Counted from the first letter of the stretch, positions 1 to 9,513 are shown. The stretch: 64,000 nucleotides of DNA from an uncultured Methanoregulaceae archaeon (GCA_963717525.1 OY970343.1:160001-224000), one strand, 5' to 3'. The notes: a model not told the origin generated them from the letters alone. Numbers and translations are program-made.

Positions 1-954
1 ATAAAAGGCGTTGCGTACGCCAACCGGAAGCGGGGCAACCATATCATCACCACAAAGATCGAGCACCATGCCGTCCTCCATACCTGCCAGTTCCTCGAAA
101 AAGAGGGATTTATCGTAACGTACCTCCCGGTGGACCAGTACGGTCGTGTCGATCCGGCAGACCTTGAAAAAGCCATCACCGATAAGACGATCCTCGTCTC
201 GATCATGTACGCGAACAACGAGATTGGCACTATCGAACCGATCCGCGAACTCGCGGCGATCGCACAGAAGCACAAGGTGTACTTCCACACCGACGCGGTC
301 CAGGCGATCGGGAATGTCCCTATTGACGTGAAGGCGCAGAATATCGACCTGCTCTCACTTTCTGCCCACAAGTTCTATGGCCCCAAGGGGGTCGGGGCGC
401 TCTATATCAGGAACGGCGTCCGTATCGAGAACCTGATCCACGGCGGTGGCCAGGAACGGAAGAAGCGGGCCGGTACCGAGAACATTGCCGGGATTGTCGG
501 GTGCGGGAAGGCTATCGAACTTGCTACGGCCGATATTGAGGGCCATAATGCCCGGATCCGGGCGATGCGCGACCGGCTCTTAAAAGGCGTTCTTGCGAAG
601 ATCCCGAATGCCCGTCTCAACGGCCACCCGACAGAACGTCTGGCAGGGAACTTCAACGTCAGTTTCGAATTCATTGAAGGGGAATCGATGCTCCTGTGGC
701 TGGATGACGAGGGTATCTGCGCTTCGACCGGCAGCGCCTGCACGTCCGGTTCGCTCGAACCTTCGCACGTGCTGCTCGCTACCGGCCTTCCCGTGGAGAT
801 CTCGCACGGCTCGCTGCGGCTGACGCTCGGCGATGCCAACACCGACGAGGATGTCGATATCGTGCTTGAGGTACTGCCGAAAGTGGTATCCCGCCTGCGG
901 GATATGTCTCCCCTGTACCAGAAAGCAGCAAAGGATGGAGGATGCAATGTATAG
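1..954 (+). CDS. nifS: Cysteine desulfurase NifS/IscS (5' end outside window)
   Basis: Frame open from base 1 (IKGVAYANRKRGNHIITTKIEHHAV). HTDAVQ, SAHKFYGPKG (PLP Lys) and STGSACTSGSLEPSHVL (catalytic Cys) motifs. Confidence 0.95.
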   Translation: MKGVAYANRKRGNHIITTKIEHHAVLHTCQFLEKEGFIVTYLPVDQYGRVDPADLEKAITDKTILVSIMYANNEIGTIEPIRELAAIAQKHKVYFHTDAVQAIGNVPIDVKAQNIDLLSLSAHKFYGPKGVGALYIRNGVRIENLIHGGGQERKKRAGTENIAGIVGCGKAIELATADIEGHNARIRAMRDRLLKGVLAKIPNARLNGHPTERLAGNFNVSFEFIEGESMLLWLDDEGICASTGSACTSGSLEPSHVLLATGLPVEISHGSLRLTLGDANTDEDVDIVLEVLPKVVSRLRDMSPLYQKAAKDGGCNV

Positions 955-1381
955 CGAAACCGTGATGGATCACTTCAAAAACCCGCGCAACGTAGGGGAG
1001 ATCGAGAACCCGGATGGCGTCGGCGAAGTCGGGAACCCGGTCTGCGGCGATATCATGAAGATCTTTTTGAAGATCGAGAACAACATTGTTGTCGATGCGA
1101 AGTTCAAGACCTTTGGCTGCGGGGCGGCAATTGCATCGAGCAGCATGGCCACCGAACTGGTGCGGGGAAAGAGTCTTGAAGAGGCATGGCAGCTCTCCAA
1201 CAAGGCAGTGGCCGAGGCGCTCGACGGCCTGCCCCCGATAAAAATGCACTGCTCGGTGCTTGCAGAAGAGGGCATCCATAAGGCAATCAACGATTACCGC
1301 ATCAGGCACGGCCTCGAACCGTGGCAGGAAACATCCGCCCATTCCCACGATCACGGTGAAGAAACTGAGTGCCAGCAGTAG
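947..1381 (+). CDS. nifU: Fe-S cluster scaffold NifU/IscU
   Basis: MYSETVMDHFKNPRNVG, GNPVCGD, FGCGAAIAS, KMHCS. Overlaps nifS stop and has a GGAGG RBS. Confidence 0.95.
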   Translation: MYSETVMDHFKNPRNVGEIENPDGVGEVGNPVCGDIMKIFLKIENNIVVDAKFKTFGCGAAIASSSMATELVRGKSLEEAWQLSNKAVAEALDGLPPIKMHCSVLAEEGIHKAINDYRIRHGLEPWQETSAHSHDHGEETECQQ

Positions 1382-1424
1382 GGTGACATCCATCGTATCA
1401 GATCCGGTCAGCCAGGTGAAACAG

Positions 1425-2210
1425 ATGCTTTCTGAACGCGAACGAGAACGATATAAACGCCAGATGATGCTCTTTGGCGACGAAGGGCAGGAACGTCTTA
1501 AAAAGGCCCATATCTTTATTGCCGGGGCCGGGGGGCTTGGCTCGCCGGTCTCGATCTACCTTGCGGTCGCCGGAGTGGGCACCCTCACGGTGGTGGACAA
1601 GGATGTCGTGGAACTGACCAATCTCAACCGGCAGATCCTGCACTACGACCGGGATATCGGCCGGAAGAAGACCGCATCGGCTGAAGAAAAACTCAGGGCG
1701 ATCAATCCTGATATTATCGTTAAGGTGATCGACACCACTATCGAAGAATCCAATGGTGCACAGCTCGTGGGCAGTGCGGATGGTATTGTCGATGCGATGG
1801 ACAACTACCCGACCCGGTACCTCCTCAACGATATCGCACAGGAAAAGAAGATCCCGCTCTTCCATGGCGCGATACGGGGGTTCTACGGTCAGGCAACGAC
1901 TATCCTCCCGGAAAAGACCGCGTGCCTGCGCTGTATCTTTCCCTGTGCCCCCCCGAAAGAAGTGTTCCCCGTGGTCGGGGTGACACCGGGATTCATCGGG
2001 ATGATCCAGGTAAATGAAGTGCTCAAGTACCTGCTTGGTACAGGGGATCTCCTTGCAAATCGTCTCCTGATCTGGGATGGGATGACAGCGCACGCGGAAG
2101 AAATTGCTGTGATAAAAAACCCGGCCTGCATATCATGCGGAACAGGGCATGCGTCAAAGAATGCATCTGCGGTAAAAGCAAAGAATGTGCACGAGAGGAA
2201 GAAAAAATGA
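1425..2210 (+). CDS. ThiF/MoeB/HesA family E1-like adenylyltransferase (UbaA-like)
   Basis: RYKRQ, GAGGLG, NLNRQ, DN..TR, CLRC and C-terminal CxxC. No rhodanese domain. Confidence 0.9.
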   Translation: MLSERERERYKRQMMLFGDEGQERLKKAHIFIAGAGGLGSPVSIYLAVAGVGTLTVVDKDVVELTNLNRQILHYDRDIGRKKTASAEEKLRAINPDIIVKVIDTTIEESNGAQLVGSADGIVDAMDNYPTRYLLNDIAQEKKIPLFHGAIRGFYGQATTILPEKTACLRCIFPCAPPKEVFPVVGVTPGFIGMIQVNEVLKYLLGTGDLLANRLLIWDGMTAHAEEIAVIKNPACISCGTGHASKNASAVKAKNVHERKKK

Positions 2211-2485
2211 CGGTCAGGATACGGTTTTTCGCCCGGTTCCGGGAACTGCTCGGGACAGATATCGTGGTCGATGCGAAGGAAGGTACGGTGCTCTCCGGGC
2301 TGGTAAAGGATGTGGCCGGAAAGAACAAGGAAGGGTACGATGCGATCTTCGATGAGAAAGGCATCTTCCGCGAGTTTGTCATCATAATGCAGAATGGCAA
2401 GCGGGTGGAAACGACCGCTGCGGGGACGACCCGGGTTGCAGACGGCGACGAGATCGCGGTATTCCCCCCGGTTGCGGGCGGGTAA
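2207..2485 (+). CDS. moaD: MoaD/ThiS ubiquitin-like sulfur carrier (SAMP-type)
   Basis: RFFARFRE start and C-terminal FPPVAGG di-glycine. Confidence 0.9.
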   Translation: MTVRIRFFARFRELLGTDIVVDAKEGTVLSGLVKDVAGKNKEGYDAIFDEKGIFREFVIIMQNGKRVETTAAGTTRVADGDEIAVFPPVAGG

Positions 2486-2502
2486 AACGCAGTGGTGCGG
2501 CC

Positions 2503-2947
2503 ATGATTGCGATCCAAACGGAAGACGTTGATATCGGGAAACTGATAACCGGGGCAAAGAAGCAGGGAACCGGTGCGATCGTTGTCTTTGACGGGATCGT
2601 CAGGGACGATGATATCCGCGAGATGGAACTGGAGGCGTACGGTGAGGTTGCAGTGCCCGAACTTGAGAAGATTGCATCAGAGGCAAAAGAGACCTACAAC
2701 CTCCTCTCCGTCGATATCATCCACCGGATCGGCCGCCTTGCCATCGGAGAGAACATCCTTGTCATCGTCGTGAGCGCAGGGCACCGCACAGGAGGCGTAC
2801 GAAGGCTCACGGTTTATCATCGAGGCGATCAAGGCCGGTGTCCCGATCTGGAAAAAGGAGCTGCGCCGGGACGGGGATCGCTGGGTGCCCGGCGAGCACC
2901 GGCACGGGTCCGGACACGAAAAGCTGACCGGTGTGGCCCCTGTGTAA
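2503..2947 (+). CDS. moaE: Molybdopterin synthase catalytic subunit MoaE (apparent +1 frameshift near 2788)
   Basis: GAIVVFDGIVR, HRIGRL, SAGHR. The shifted frame continues EAYEGSRFIIEAIKAGVPIWKKE...W to TAA at 2945-2947. Confidence 0.85.
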
Positions 2948-2960
2948 ATCCTGTTTTTTG

Positions 2961-3197
2961 TCAGGCCACTCTCTTTTCCGTGAGTTTCCGGTACATCTCC
3001 TCGCCCACGCATTCCCGGGCATGTTTGCACCACTGCACGCACGATGCGATATCGTTGTAGATCACAAACCCGCACTTACTGCATTTTACCGAAATGTCGT
3101 TGGAAAAGATCTCGACTTCCTCACCGCACTGCGGGCACTTCTTGATCGCAAGCGTTGGTGTCCGTACATTGGCCGCGCCGGGACAGTGATCGAACAT
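2961..3197 (-). CDS. Small Cys-rich (8 Cys) zinc-ribbon/Fe-S-type protein
   Basis: CPG...CPQCGEEVEIFS...CSKCG...CVQWCKHAREC. Confidence 0.75.
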   Translation of the reverse strand: MFDHCPGAANVRTPTLAIKKCPQCGEEVEIFSNDISVKCSKCGFVIYNDIASCVQWCKHARECVGEEMYRKLTEKRVA

Positions 3198-3380
3198 GGT
3201 ACACTTCCTCTGACATATGTTGTTTTCCCGGCACATGAACCGGATGGATCAGACAATGGCCTGGACCGGAACGTCAGTGCGATAAGCAGCATCGTGGAAT
3301 CTCTGCTCCTCCGGCAGTAACACGGAATCATGTGCCATCCAAAGATGTATGAGCGCCTGCGGCAAAGATTCCGGCAGATT

Positions 3381-4886
3381 ATGGCCGCAAAGCAGTTTCT
3401 TTCAACGGTAAAATACGTGGCCGGCACAAAACCATCCTTCCTGCTTTCCGAGATTGCGGCCTACCTCGACGAACCATTGACCGTGGGGCAGATGTACGCG
3501 GCGCTCCGGCCGCATCTTGCCGGGCTCGGGCTTACCGTACAAAAGACCGGTGAAGACTACACGATCTCGCGGCTGCTGCCATCCCCTCCCTATATCCTGA
3601 ACCCTGCCGAGGAAAAGCGCATTGATGCATACCTTTCCCTCGACTCCATGCCCTCGGTTCTTGAAACGGCCATCGAGCAGTATATCACCCGAAAAACCGG
3701 CAAAGACTGGTCTGATCCGGTCATCCTCGAACGGCTCCGCCGTGCGATCGTCGCCCAGAAGGATGATTACTGGAAACCGGCGGGCAAACGGTCGCTCCAG
3801 TACACGAAAGGCTATTCGGTTCTCGGCTACCTTGCGTACCATTTCCCGGTCTACTTCATGCAGACCCGGCACCTGCTTGCGCAGCTCGCCCGTGACGGCC
3901 TGCTGAAACAGGAGATGACGATCCTCGATCTCGGCACCGGGCCGGGTGTCATCCCCCTTGCCATTGAGGATTTCTGGATGTGCCTGGACACGGCAAAGGC
4001 CACAGTCTGTTCGGTAGAACGCTCAAAAGAGCACATCGAGGCGTTTGGTGCTCTTGCCACGAGCATCGCCACAACTAATAACCAGGTGACAATAGAGCCC
4101 CCGCGGGAAGCGGATATCACCTCACCCCGGGACGTGCCGCTCCCTGACAGCGTCGACCTGATGATCTTCTCCAACATGCTCAACGAACTGGCCGGCCTGC
4201 CGGTCGCGGCTCGTGCGGATATCGTCATGGAATATGTAAAACGGCTCGCACCTGACGGCACGGTCCTCATCATCGAACCCGCGGAAGAGGCGACTTCCAC
4301 CGGCCTGCGTGTCCTTGCCCTTGCGTTAAAGAAGCGGGGACTCTCGATCTATGCGCCCTGCACATTTGTCTGGGGCACGAACTGCACGCCGGACCGGTGC
4401 TGGAGTTTCCAGACTGCCCCCTCCCTCCGGCCCACCCGGATCATGAACACGCTTGCAGCATGCAATGAGCCGTTCCGGTACGTGAACACCGATATCAAGT
4501 ACAGTTACGTGATGCTGCGGAAGGACGGGGAGGTACGTACCTCCTGCACCATCCCAAAGGATATGAAAGCACTGCGGCTTTCCAAAGTACACCTCAACGT
4601 GGGAAAACGGATCACGGTGGTGGCAGCGAAGATGTCCGAGGATCTTGGCGATAAGGAGACCCATATATTCAGGCTCTGCGACGGTTCGGCGGAAAAGCCG
4701 GTGTATGCGGTGCTGCCCGCGTTCCATATTATGCCGTCCAACCGGGAGCTGGGATCTTCGCCGTACGGGACCGTGCTTGAGATCCGGAACGTGCTGGTGC
4801 GGTATAACCCGGCGCACGATGCGTATAACCTGCTGGTGAACCGGGATTCGGGGGTAACCCCCTTCCCTCTGAGTAGGGAGATCTGA
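3381..4886 (+). CDS. Class I SAM-dependent methyltransferase, Rsm22/METTL17-like
   Basis: YLAYHFP, ILDLGTGPG, FSNMLNEL, LIIEP, YAPC...C...CWSF, YSYVMLRK. Extra N- and C-terminal domains. Confidence 0.75.
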   Translation: MAAKQFLSTVKYVAGTKPSFLLSEIAAYLDEPLTVGQMYAALRPHLAGLGLTVQKTGEDYTISRLLPSPPYILNPAEEKRIDAYLSLDSMPSVLETAIEQYITRKTGKDWSDPVILERLRRAIVAQKDDYWKPAGKRSLQYTKGYSVLGYLAYHFPVYFMQTRHLLAQLARDGLLKQEMTILDLGTGPGVIPLAIEDFWMCLDTAKATVCSVERSKEHIEAFGALATSIATTNNQVTIEPPREADITSPRDVPLPDSVDLMIFSNMLNELAGLPVAARADIVMEYVKRLAPDGTVLIIEPAEEATSTGLRVLALALKKRGLSIYAPCTFVWGTNCTPDRCWSFQTAPSLRPTRIMNTLAACNEPFRYVNTDIKYSYVMLRKDGEVRTSCTIPKDMKALRLSKVHLNVGKRITVVAAKMSEDLGDKETHIFRLCDGSAEKPVYAVLPAFHIMPSNRELGSSPYGTVLEIRNVLVRYNPAHDAYNLLVNRDSGVTPFPLSREI

Positions 4887-5037
4887 TAAAAAAATAAGAT
4901 GATTCGGAAGGACAAGGACTGTCCCTTCGATCAAAAGATGTTTTTCAATTGGCTAAAAACAATTGTTTTCACTAGGGTCGACGGCAGTCTGTGGCTGAAA
5001 TTTTCTTTCTGCTATATCAACCGGCCACTATCTGAGA

Positions 5038-7677
5038 TTAATAATATTTGAGGATGACAATACCGGAGCCGCCAGTTGCCCCTCTAACGGACGTCGCCCC
5101 ACTACCGCCACCGCCGCCACCCGTGTTTGTTGTGCCGGGAGTTGGTGTAGCAGTATTAAGAGCACCTGCGCCACCGCCACCGGAACCTCCAGAGCCGCCA
5201 GATCCTCCACCCGAAGCAGCTCCACCACCGCCTCCACCACCATACGTCACCGATGAACCGGATATATTCGATGAGACGCCGGCGCCACCAGATCCGGCAG
5301 TAGTACCGCTGCGAGTACCACCAGTACCTCCAGCTCCTCCACCACCGCCGCCATAAGTGCGCGAGCTGTATGATCCCAAACCACCATTATTTCCTTGACC
5401 AGCGGTGCCCGAGCCGACAGTACCTGCAGTATGCGCACCATTGGATAATGTGGAGGAACCGCCACCGGAACCTCCAGTTACTCCGTTCGTTGTGGCGGCA
5501 GTGGTACTAGAGGTACCGCCGCCACCGCCGCCGGTTGCTGTAATAGATGCAAATACAGAGTTGCCTCCACTTGAACCTTGAGCGGTTGTCCCCCCTGCTC
5601 CACCGGCACCAACAGTTACCGCATAAGAACTGGATAATCCTGTTAATGTGCTGGTGAGGACTCCGCCAGCGCCTCCGCCTCCACCTAAACCCCCTCCACC
5701 ACCGCCTCCTGCTACTACAAGATATTGGACGGTAGTGGCACCTGAGGGTACTGTCGATGTGCCTGATGAGGTGAACGTCTGGATGATATAGTAATCGTAT
5801 ACGTTAGTCCCGGTAGCGCTGCCACCAGCGGTGGTAATAACAACGTTTGCTAACCCGGCTGAACCTGATGGCGAAGACGCCGGAGTTACCGCAGTGAGTG
5901 TCGTACTGCTACTTACAGAGACACTGGTTGCCGCTGTACCATCAATGGTTACAGTGGTCGCTCCGGTAACAAAGTTTGTCCCGGTGATCGTTACGCTTGT
6001 TCCACCTGATGAAGGGCCGGTTGCGGGTGAGATACTGACGAATGTCGGGGCGACCACGTAGGTGTATGCTCCTGTCCCGGTAGCGCTGCCACCGGCGGTA
6101 GTTACGACAACGTTAACGACCCCGGCCGAACCTGATGGAGTGATCGCGGTGAGTGTAGTACTACTGCTTACGGAGATGCTGGTCGCGGCGTTACCTCCAA
6201 TGGAAACACTGGTTGCCCCGATAACGAAGTTCGTCCCGGTGATAGTTACTGACTGGCCTCCTGCCAAAGGACCGGCCGCCGGTAAGATGCTGACGAAGGT
6301 CGGGGCTACGATGTAGGTGTATGCGTTGGTACCGGTTGCGCTTCCTCCGGGAGTGGTAACAACAACGTTAACAACCCCGGCCCCATGGGCTGGTGTGGTT
6401 GCTGTGATTGAAGTGTCATTGTTTACTGTGAATGACGCTGATGTACCCCCAATGGTCACTACTGTGGCACCTGTAAAGGCTGTCCCGGTGATCGTTACAG
6501 CTTGGCCGCCTGCTAACGGACCGGCTGAAGGAGTGATGCTGGTAAAGGTCGGGACGATAACTGCAAAGGAAGCAGAGATGTTATGTACTGCCTGGACGTT
6601 CGTGAACGTATAACTCGTTATCGCTCCCTGTGACACCAAATCGACGGAAACACCGGAAATGGAATATCCGGTATTCGGGGTAATATTAAAGGTCTGGTTG
6701 CCGCCAAAGGCCACATTCACAGAACCGTTCGGGGTGATCGTACCACCGGTTCCCGCCGATGCTGTGATCGTGTAGGTGTTGATCGCAAAGGAAGCGGCAA
6801 TGGTATGATTTGCTGTTATATTTGTGAATGTATACGTTGAGACGCTGCCCACAGAAGAATTATCGACCAGTACACTGGTAATGGAGTACCCTAAATTCGG
6901 TGTAATAGTGAAGGTCTGATTACTGCCATAATTCACGTTCACAGATCCTGACGGGGATATTGAGCCATCGATTCCCGCGGATGCCGTAATCGTGTAGGTA
7001 TTGATAGCAAAGGATGCAGAGATGTTATGTGCTGCCTGAACGTTCGTGAACGTATACGATGAAACGCTGCCCACTGAAAAACCATCGACAAGGACACCAG
7101 CTATAGAATATCCATAGTTCGGTGTAATGGTAAACGGCTGGCTGGCCCCGCTCATAACGGAGACTGTGCCAGACGGGGAGATACCACCGCCAGCCGACGC
7201 AGATGCATTTATATTGTAATATATTGTCGGTGTGGGAGTGGGGGTAACAGTAATGCTTCCAATAGCGGAGAGCATCCCGAAATAGGAAGCTGCAATAACA
7301 ACCGGTGAACCCCCACCAGTATAAACGATCTGTACACTTGAAGGGGGGGTAGTTCCGGGTTTGGTATACGTAATGAGGTCACCAATCGACCATGCGGAAG
7401 GGGAACCTGTTTTATTGATACCTGATGTCACATCAGTACCGTCGACCAGGATCTCATACGTCCCGTTTGATAGCGCATCCCCTCCGTTATGCTTGATGTA
7501 CACAATCTGGCTCTGGTTTGAGATGAGGGCACTGAGTGCCGGGATCTTCTGCGCCTGGGGATGGGACAGGACGGCAACGGCAATAATCGATCCCGCAAGG
7601 ACGACGATCGAGATCAAGAGGACGGTTCCGATGACTTCGGACGCCGCGTGTTCCCGGTTCCTGCCCAAACTTCTCAT
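5038..7677 (-). CDS. Large archaeal type IV pilin-like adhesin: pilin N-domain, 3 beta-rich ~75-aa repeats, 3 IPT/TIG repeats, C-terminal glycine-rich domain
   Basis: Class III signal-like REHA|ASEVIG plus hydrophobic helix and HNGGD motif. Repeats YTITASAG..GxIxPxG and PTFxSIxPxxGP..VTITGT. Ends GGSGIVILKYY. Confidence 0.85.
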   Translation of the reverse strand: MRSLGRNREHAASEVIGTVLLISIVVLAGSIIAVAVLSHPQAQKIPALSALISNQSQIVYIKHNGGDALSNGTYEILVDGTDVTSGINKTGSPSAWSIGDLITYTKPGTTPPSSVQIVYTGGGSPVVIAASYFGMLSAIGSITVTPTPTPTIYYNINASASAGGGISPSGTVSVMSGASQPFTITPNYGYSIAGVLVDGFSVGSVSSYTFTNVQAAHNISASFAINTYTITASAGIDGSISPSGSVNVNYGSNQTFTITPNLGYSITSVLVDNSSVGSVSTYTFTNITANHTIAASFAINTYTITASAGTGGTITPNGSVNVAFGGNQTFNITPNTGYSISGVSVDLVSQGAITSYTFTNVQAVHNISASFAVIVPTFTSITPSAGPLAGGQAVTITGTAFTGATVVTIGGTSASFTVNNDTSITATTPAHGAGVVNVVVTTPGGSATGTNAYTYIVAPTFVSILPAAGPLAGGQSVTITGTNFVIGATSVSIGGNAATSISVSSSTTLTAITPSGSAGVVNVVVTTAGGSATGTGAYTYVVAPTFVSISPATGPSSGGTSVTITGTNFVTGATTVTIDGTAATSVSVSSSTTLTAVTPASSPSGSAGLANVVITTAGGSATGTNVYDYYIIQTFTSSGTSTVPSGATTVQYLVVAGGGGGGGLGGGGGAGGVLTSTLTGLSSSYAVTVGAGGAGGTTAQGSSGGNSVFASITATGGGGGGTSSTTAATTNGVTGGSGGGSSTLSNGAHTAGTVGSGTAGQGNNGGLGSYSSRTYGGGGGGAGGTGGTRSGTTAGSGGAGVSSNISGSSVTYGGGGGGGAASGGGSGGSGGSGGGGAGALNTATPTPGTTNTGGGGGGSGATSVRGATGGSGIVILKYY

Positions 7678-9092
7678 GTACTCCCCAGACTCTGCACACT
7701 GACCGAAAGATTCGCTGTTTTTCCGGAGAGGGTAATGTGCGGGTTACCATCGTTTACCCCGTATAAATAAATATAACTCCCGGTCGTGGTATTGCCTGCA
7801 GTATAATATGTGGTCGGGATCCCCCCCGTCTGGTTTGCCGCCGCGTTCAGGTAGGCTGCCCACATGATGGCAGCATTCGGGTCCGATGTGGTGATATTGA
7901 TGCTTGCATTCCAGGTATTGGGATTTACCGGTGCATAGGGGAGACTGCCTGCATCGGGTTTCAGGGAGGTTGATACCTGCGCCGGGCTGCTGCCACCAAG
8001 TACACCCGAATCTGAGGGGTCGTATGCGATCGCTACAATATTTACGGTAATGTTTCCATTCCCATTGTTCGCAAAGGTTATCTCCGGCGGGAGTTTGTAC
8101 GTGATCCCGTCAATCTGGGAGAGGAACACCCCCCCCATCTGGTAATAATATGACTGGGGAATCCAGTAATTGTTATTGGTGCTGTATTCAAGCGAACCGA
8201 GGGGTACAGAATAGGTGTAGTTTGACTGGAACTGATAGGCATACTGGGCGGTTATAGTTGGAGAAGTAAGTGTCCCGTTTGTCAAAAAGGTCATTTTTGA
8301 AGGATACGTCATGAACGATTGTAATCCATAAGCCGAATCAAGGAGGTTGACAGAATAGGCTGTATTTGGATTAATATTGGAATAAACAACAGCCCGGTTC
8401 AGGGTTGTAACGCCATTTTTCACCACGGTGACCGTAATATCTGATCCAGAACAACCGGGTATAAATGACGAATTTACGTAACCTCCTGTATTTATATTGC
8501 TCAGGCAATCGGCAATATCCGGGGTAACATTGACAGTGGTGTTCCAACCACTTCCCATGATTTGGACACTCCCTGGAGTTTGGTAATTCCAGGATGCATT
8601 TGTAGTTGAGATATTTATCAACAGGCTCGATGGAGCATTGGAATAAGTCTGCGTTGTGGGAATCGGTATTGGGCCAACCGATGTCATCGAAGTCGAGTTG
8701 CTGATATAAGAGTTCGACGAGACCGTGAAAATTTCCGGTGTTATTGTTCGCTGGTTGATTACGAGTGCTCCGCTTGACCCGACTGGCTGTAGGACCGGAA
8801 TGATACTGGTGCTTCCCTGCGCAGTCTGGCCGGCGGTGCCAAGCGGGAAGGTGGTACTTATCGAGAGCCCGGTCTGCTGGTTTGTCACGAGCGAATCGAT
8901 ACCGATCTTGTAACTGACAAACTGATCGTTAATGGCACTCATATGATTGATCTCGTTTTCGCGGCCCTGTACCGGTACGCCATAGACCAGGTACAGGGAG
9001 AATGCAACCATAATGATCCCGATGATAAGGACAAACCCGATTACTTCAGAAAGAGCCTGTTCCCTGCAGGACCCCGCAGTACCACGTCTCAT
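7674..9092 (-). CDS. Pilin-like protein with class III signal peptide
   Basis: REQA|LSEVIG plus hydrophobic helix; GSLEYSTNNNYWIPQSYYYQMGGVFLSQ motif seen in archaeal pilin-like proteins. 4-bp overlap with the downstream pilin. Confidence 0.8.
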   Translation of the reverse strand: MRRGTAGSCREQALSEVIGFVLIIGIIMVAFSLYLVYGVPVQGRENEINHMSAINDQFVSYKIGIDSLVTNQQTGLSISTTFPLGTAGQTAQGSTSIIPVLQPVGSSGALVINQRTITPEIFTVSSNSYISNSTSMTSVGPIPIPTTQTYSNAPSSLLINISTTNASWNYQTPGSVQIMGSGWNTTVNVTPDIADCLSNINTGGYVNSSFIPGCSGSDITVTVVKNGVTTLNRAVVYSNINPNTAYSVNLLDSAYGLQSFMTYPSKMTFLTNGTLTSPTITAQYAYQFQSNYTYSVPLGSLEYSTNNNYWIPQSYYYQMGGVFLSQIDGITYKLPPEITFANNGNGNITVNIVAIAYDPSDSGVLGGSSPAQVSTSLKPDAGSLPYAPVNPNTWNASINITTSDPNAAIMWAAYLNAAANQTGGIPTTYYTAGNTTTGSYIYLYGVNDGNPHITLSGKTANLSVSVQSLGST

Positions 9093-9118
9093 GTTCAGAT
9101 TATCCGTTTATGGCTTGG

Positions 9119-9126
9119 TTTATAAA
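9119..9126 (-). promoter_or_regulatory. TATA box for pilin operon (probably leaderless transcript)
   Basis: TTTATAAA ending 27 bp upstream of the ATG at 9092. Confidence 0.55.
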
Positions 9127-9256
9127 GTTGTTAGTGTCCGTTTTTTGCGCTGCGTTGTAATATCAGGAATAATTCCTGAGAAATCCGTAGCCTCCGGACC
9201 GTGAGGTATCAGGTTGTTATGATCTCTCTACCATGATGGCCCGAACCGGCCCGGGA

Positions 9257-9367
9257 CCTGAGGGGGAGGGGGGTGACCCCCCTGTTGGCCCGGCACATGG
9301 GAGGAGGGTACCCCCCCACGTGAAAAAAAGAAGGGAGGGGGGTAGGGATCACCCCCCTCCCCCCAGG
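9257..9367. repeat. 111-bp G/C-tract element with ~23-bp terminal inverted repeats
   Basis: CCTGAGGGGGAGGGGGGTGACCCC (9257-9280) versus GGGATCACCCCCCTCCCCCCAGG (9345-9367): one indel and one mismatch. Confidence 0.7.
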
Positions 9368-9513
9368 CGCCGGAAAACTCAGGTTCCTGCATGGGGTCGA
9401 CCGGCATTTCGCGTGGAATTATCGTCACGCGTTACTTTCACTCTGCCCGCACCCGCACCTTTAAGGAAGTTCCCGTAAACGGTATGGAGCACAAAAAAAG
9501 GAAGTGAAAACGC

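Noticed and set aside
5038..5800. Diversity-generating retroelement target, or CRISPR-like repeats
   Set aside because: No reverse transcriptase and no template/variable repeat pair differing at adenines. The repeats are Gly codon runs and domain duplications.
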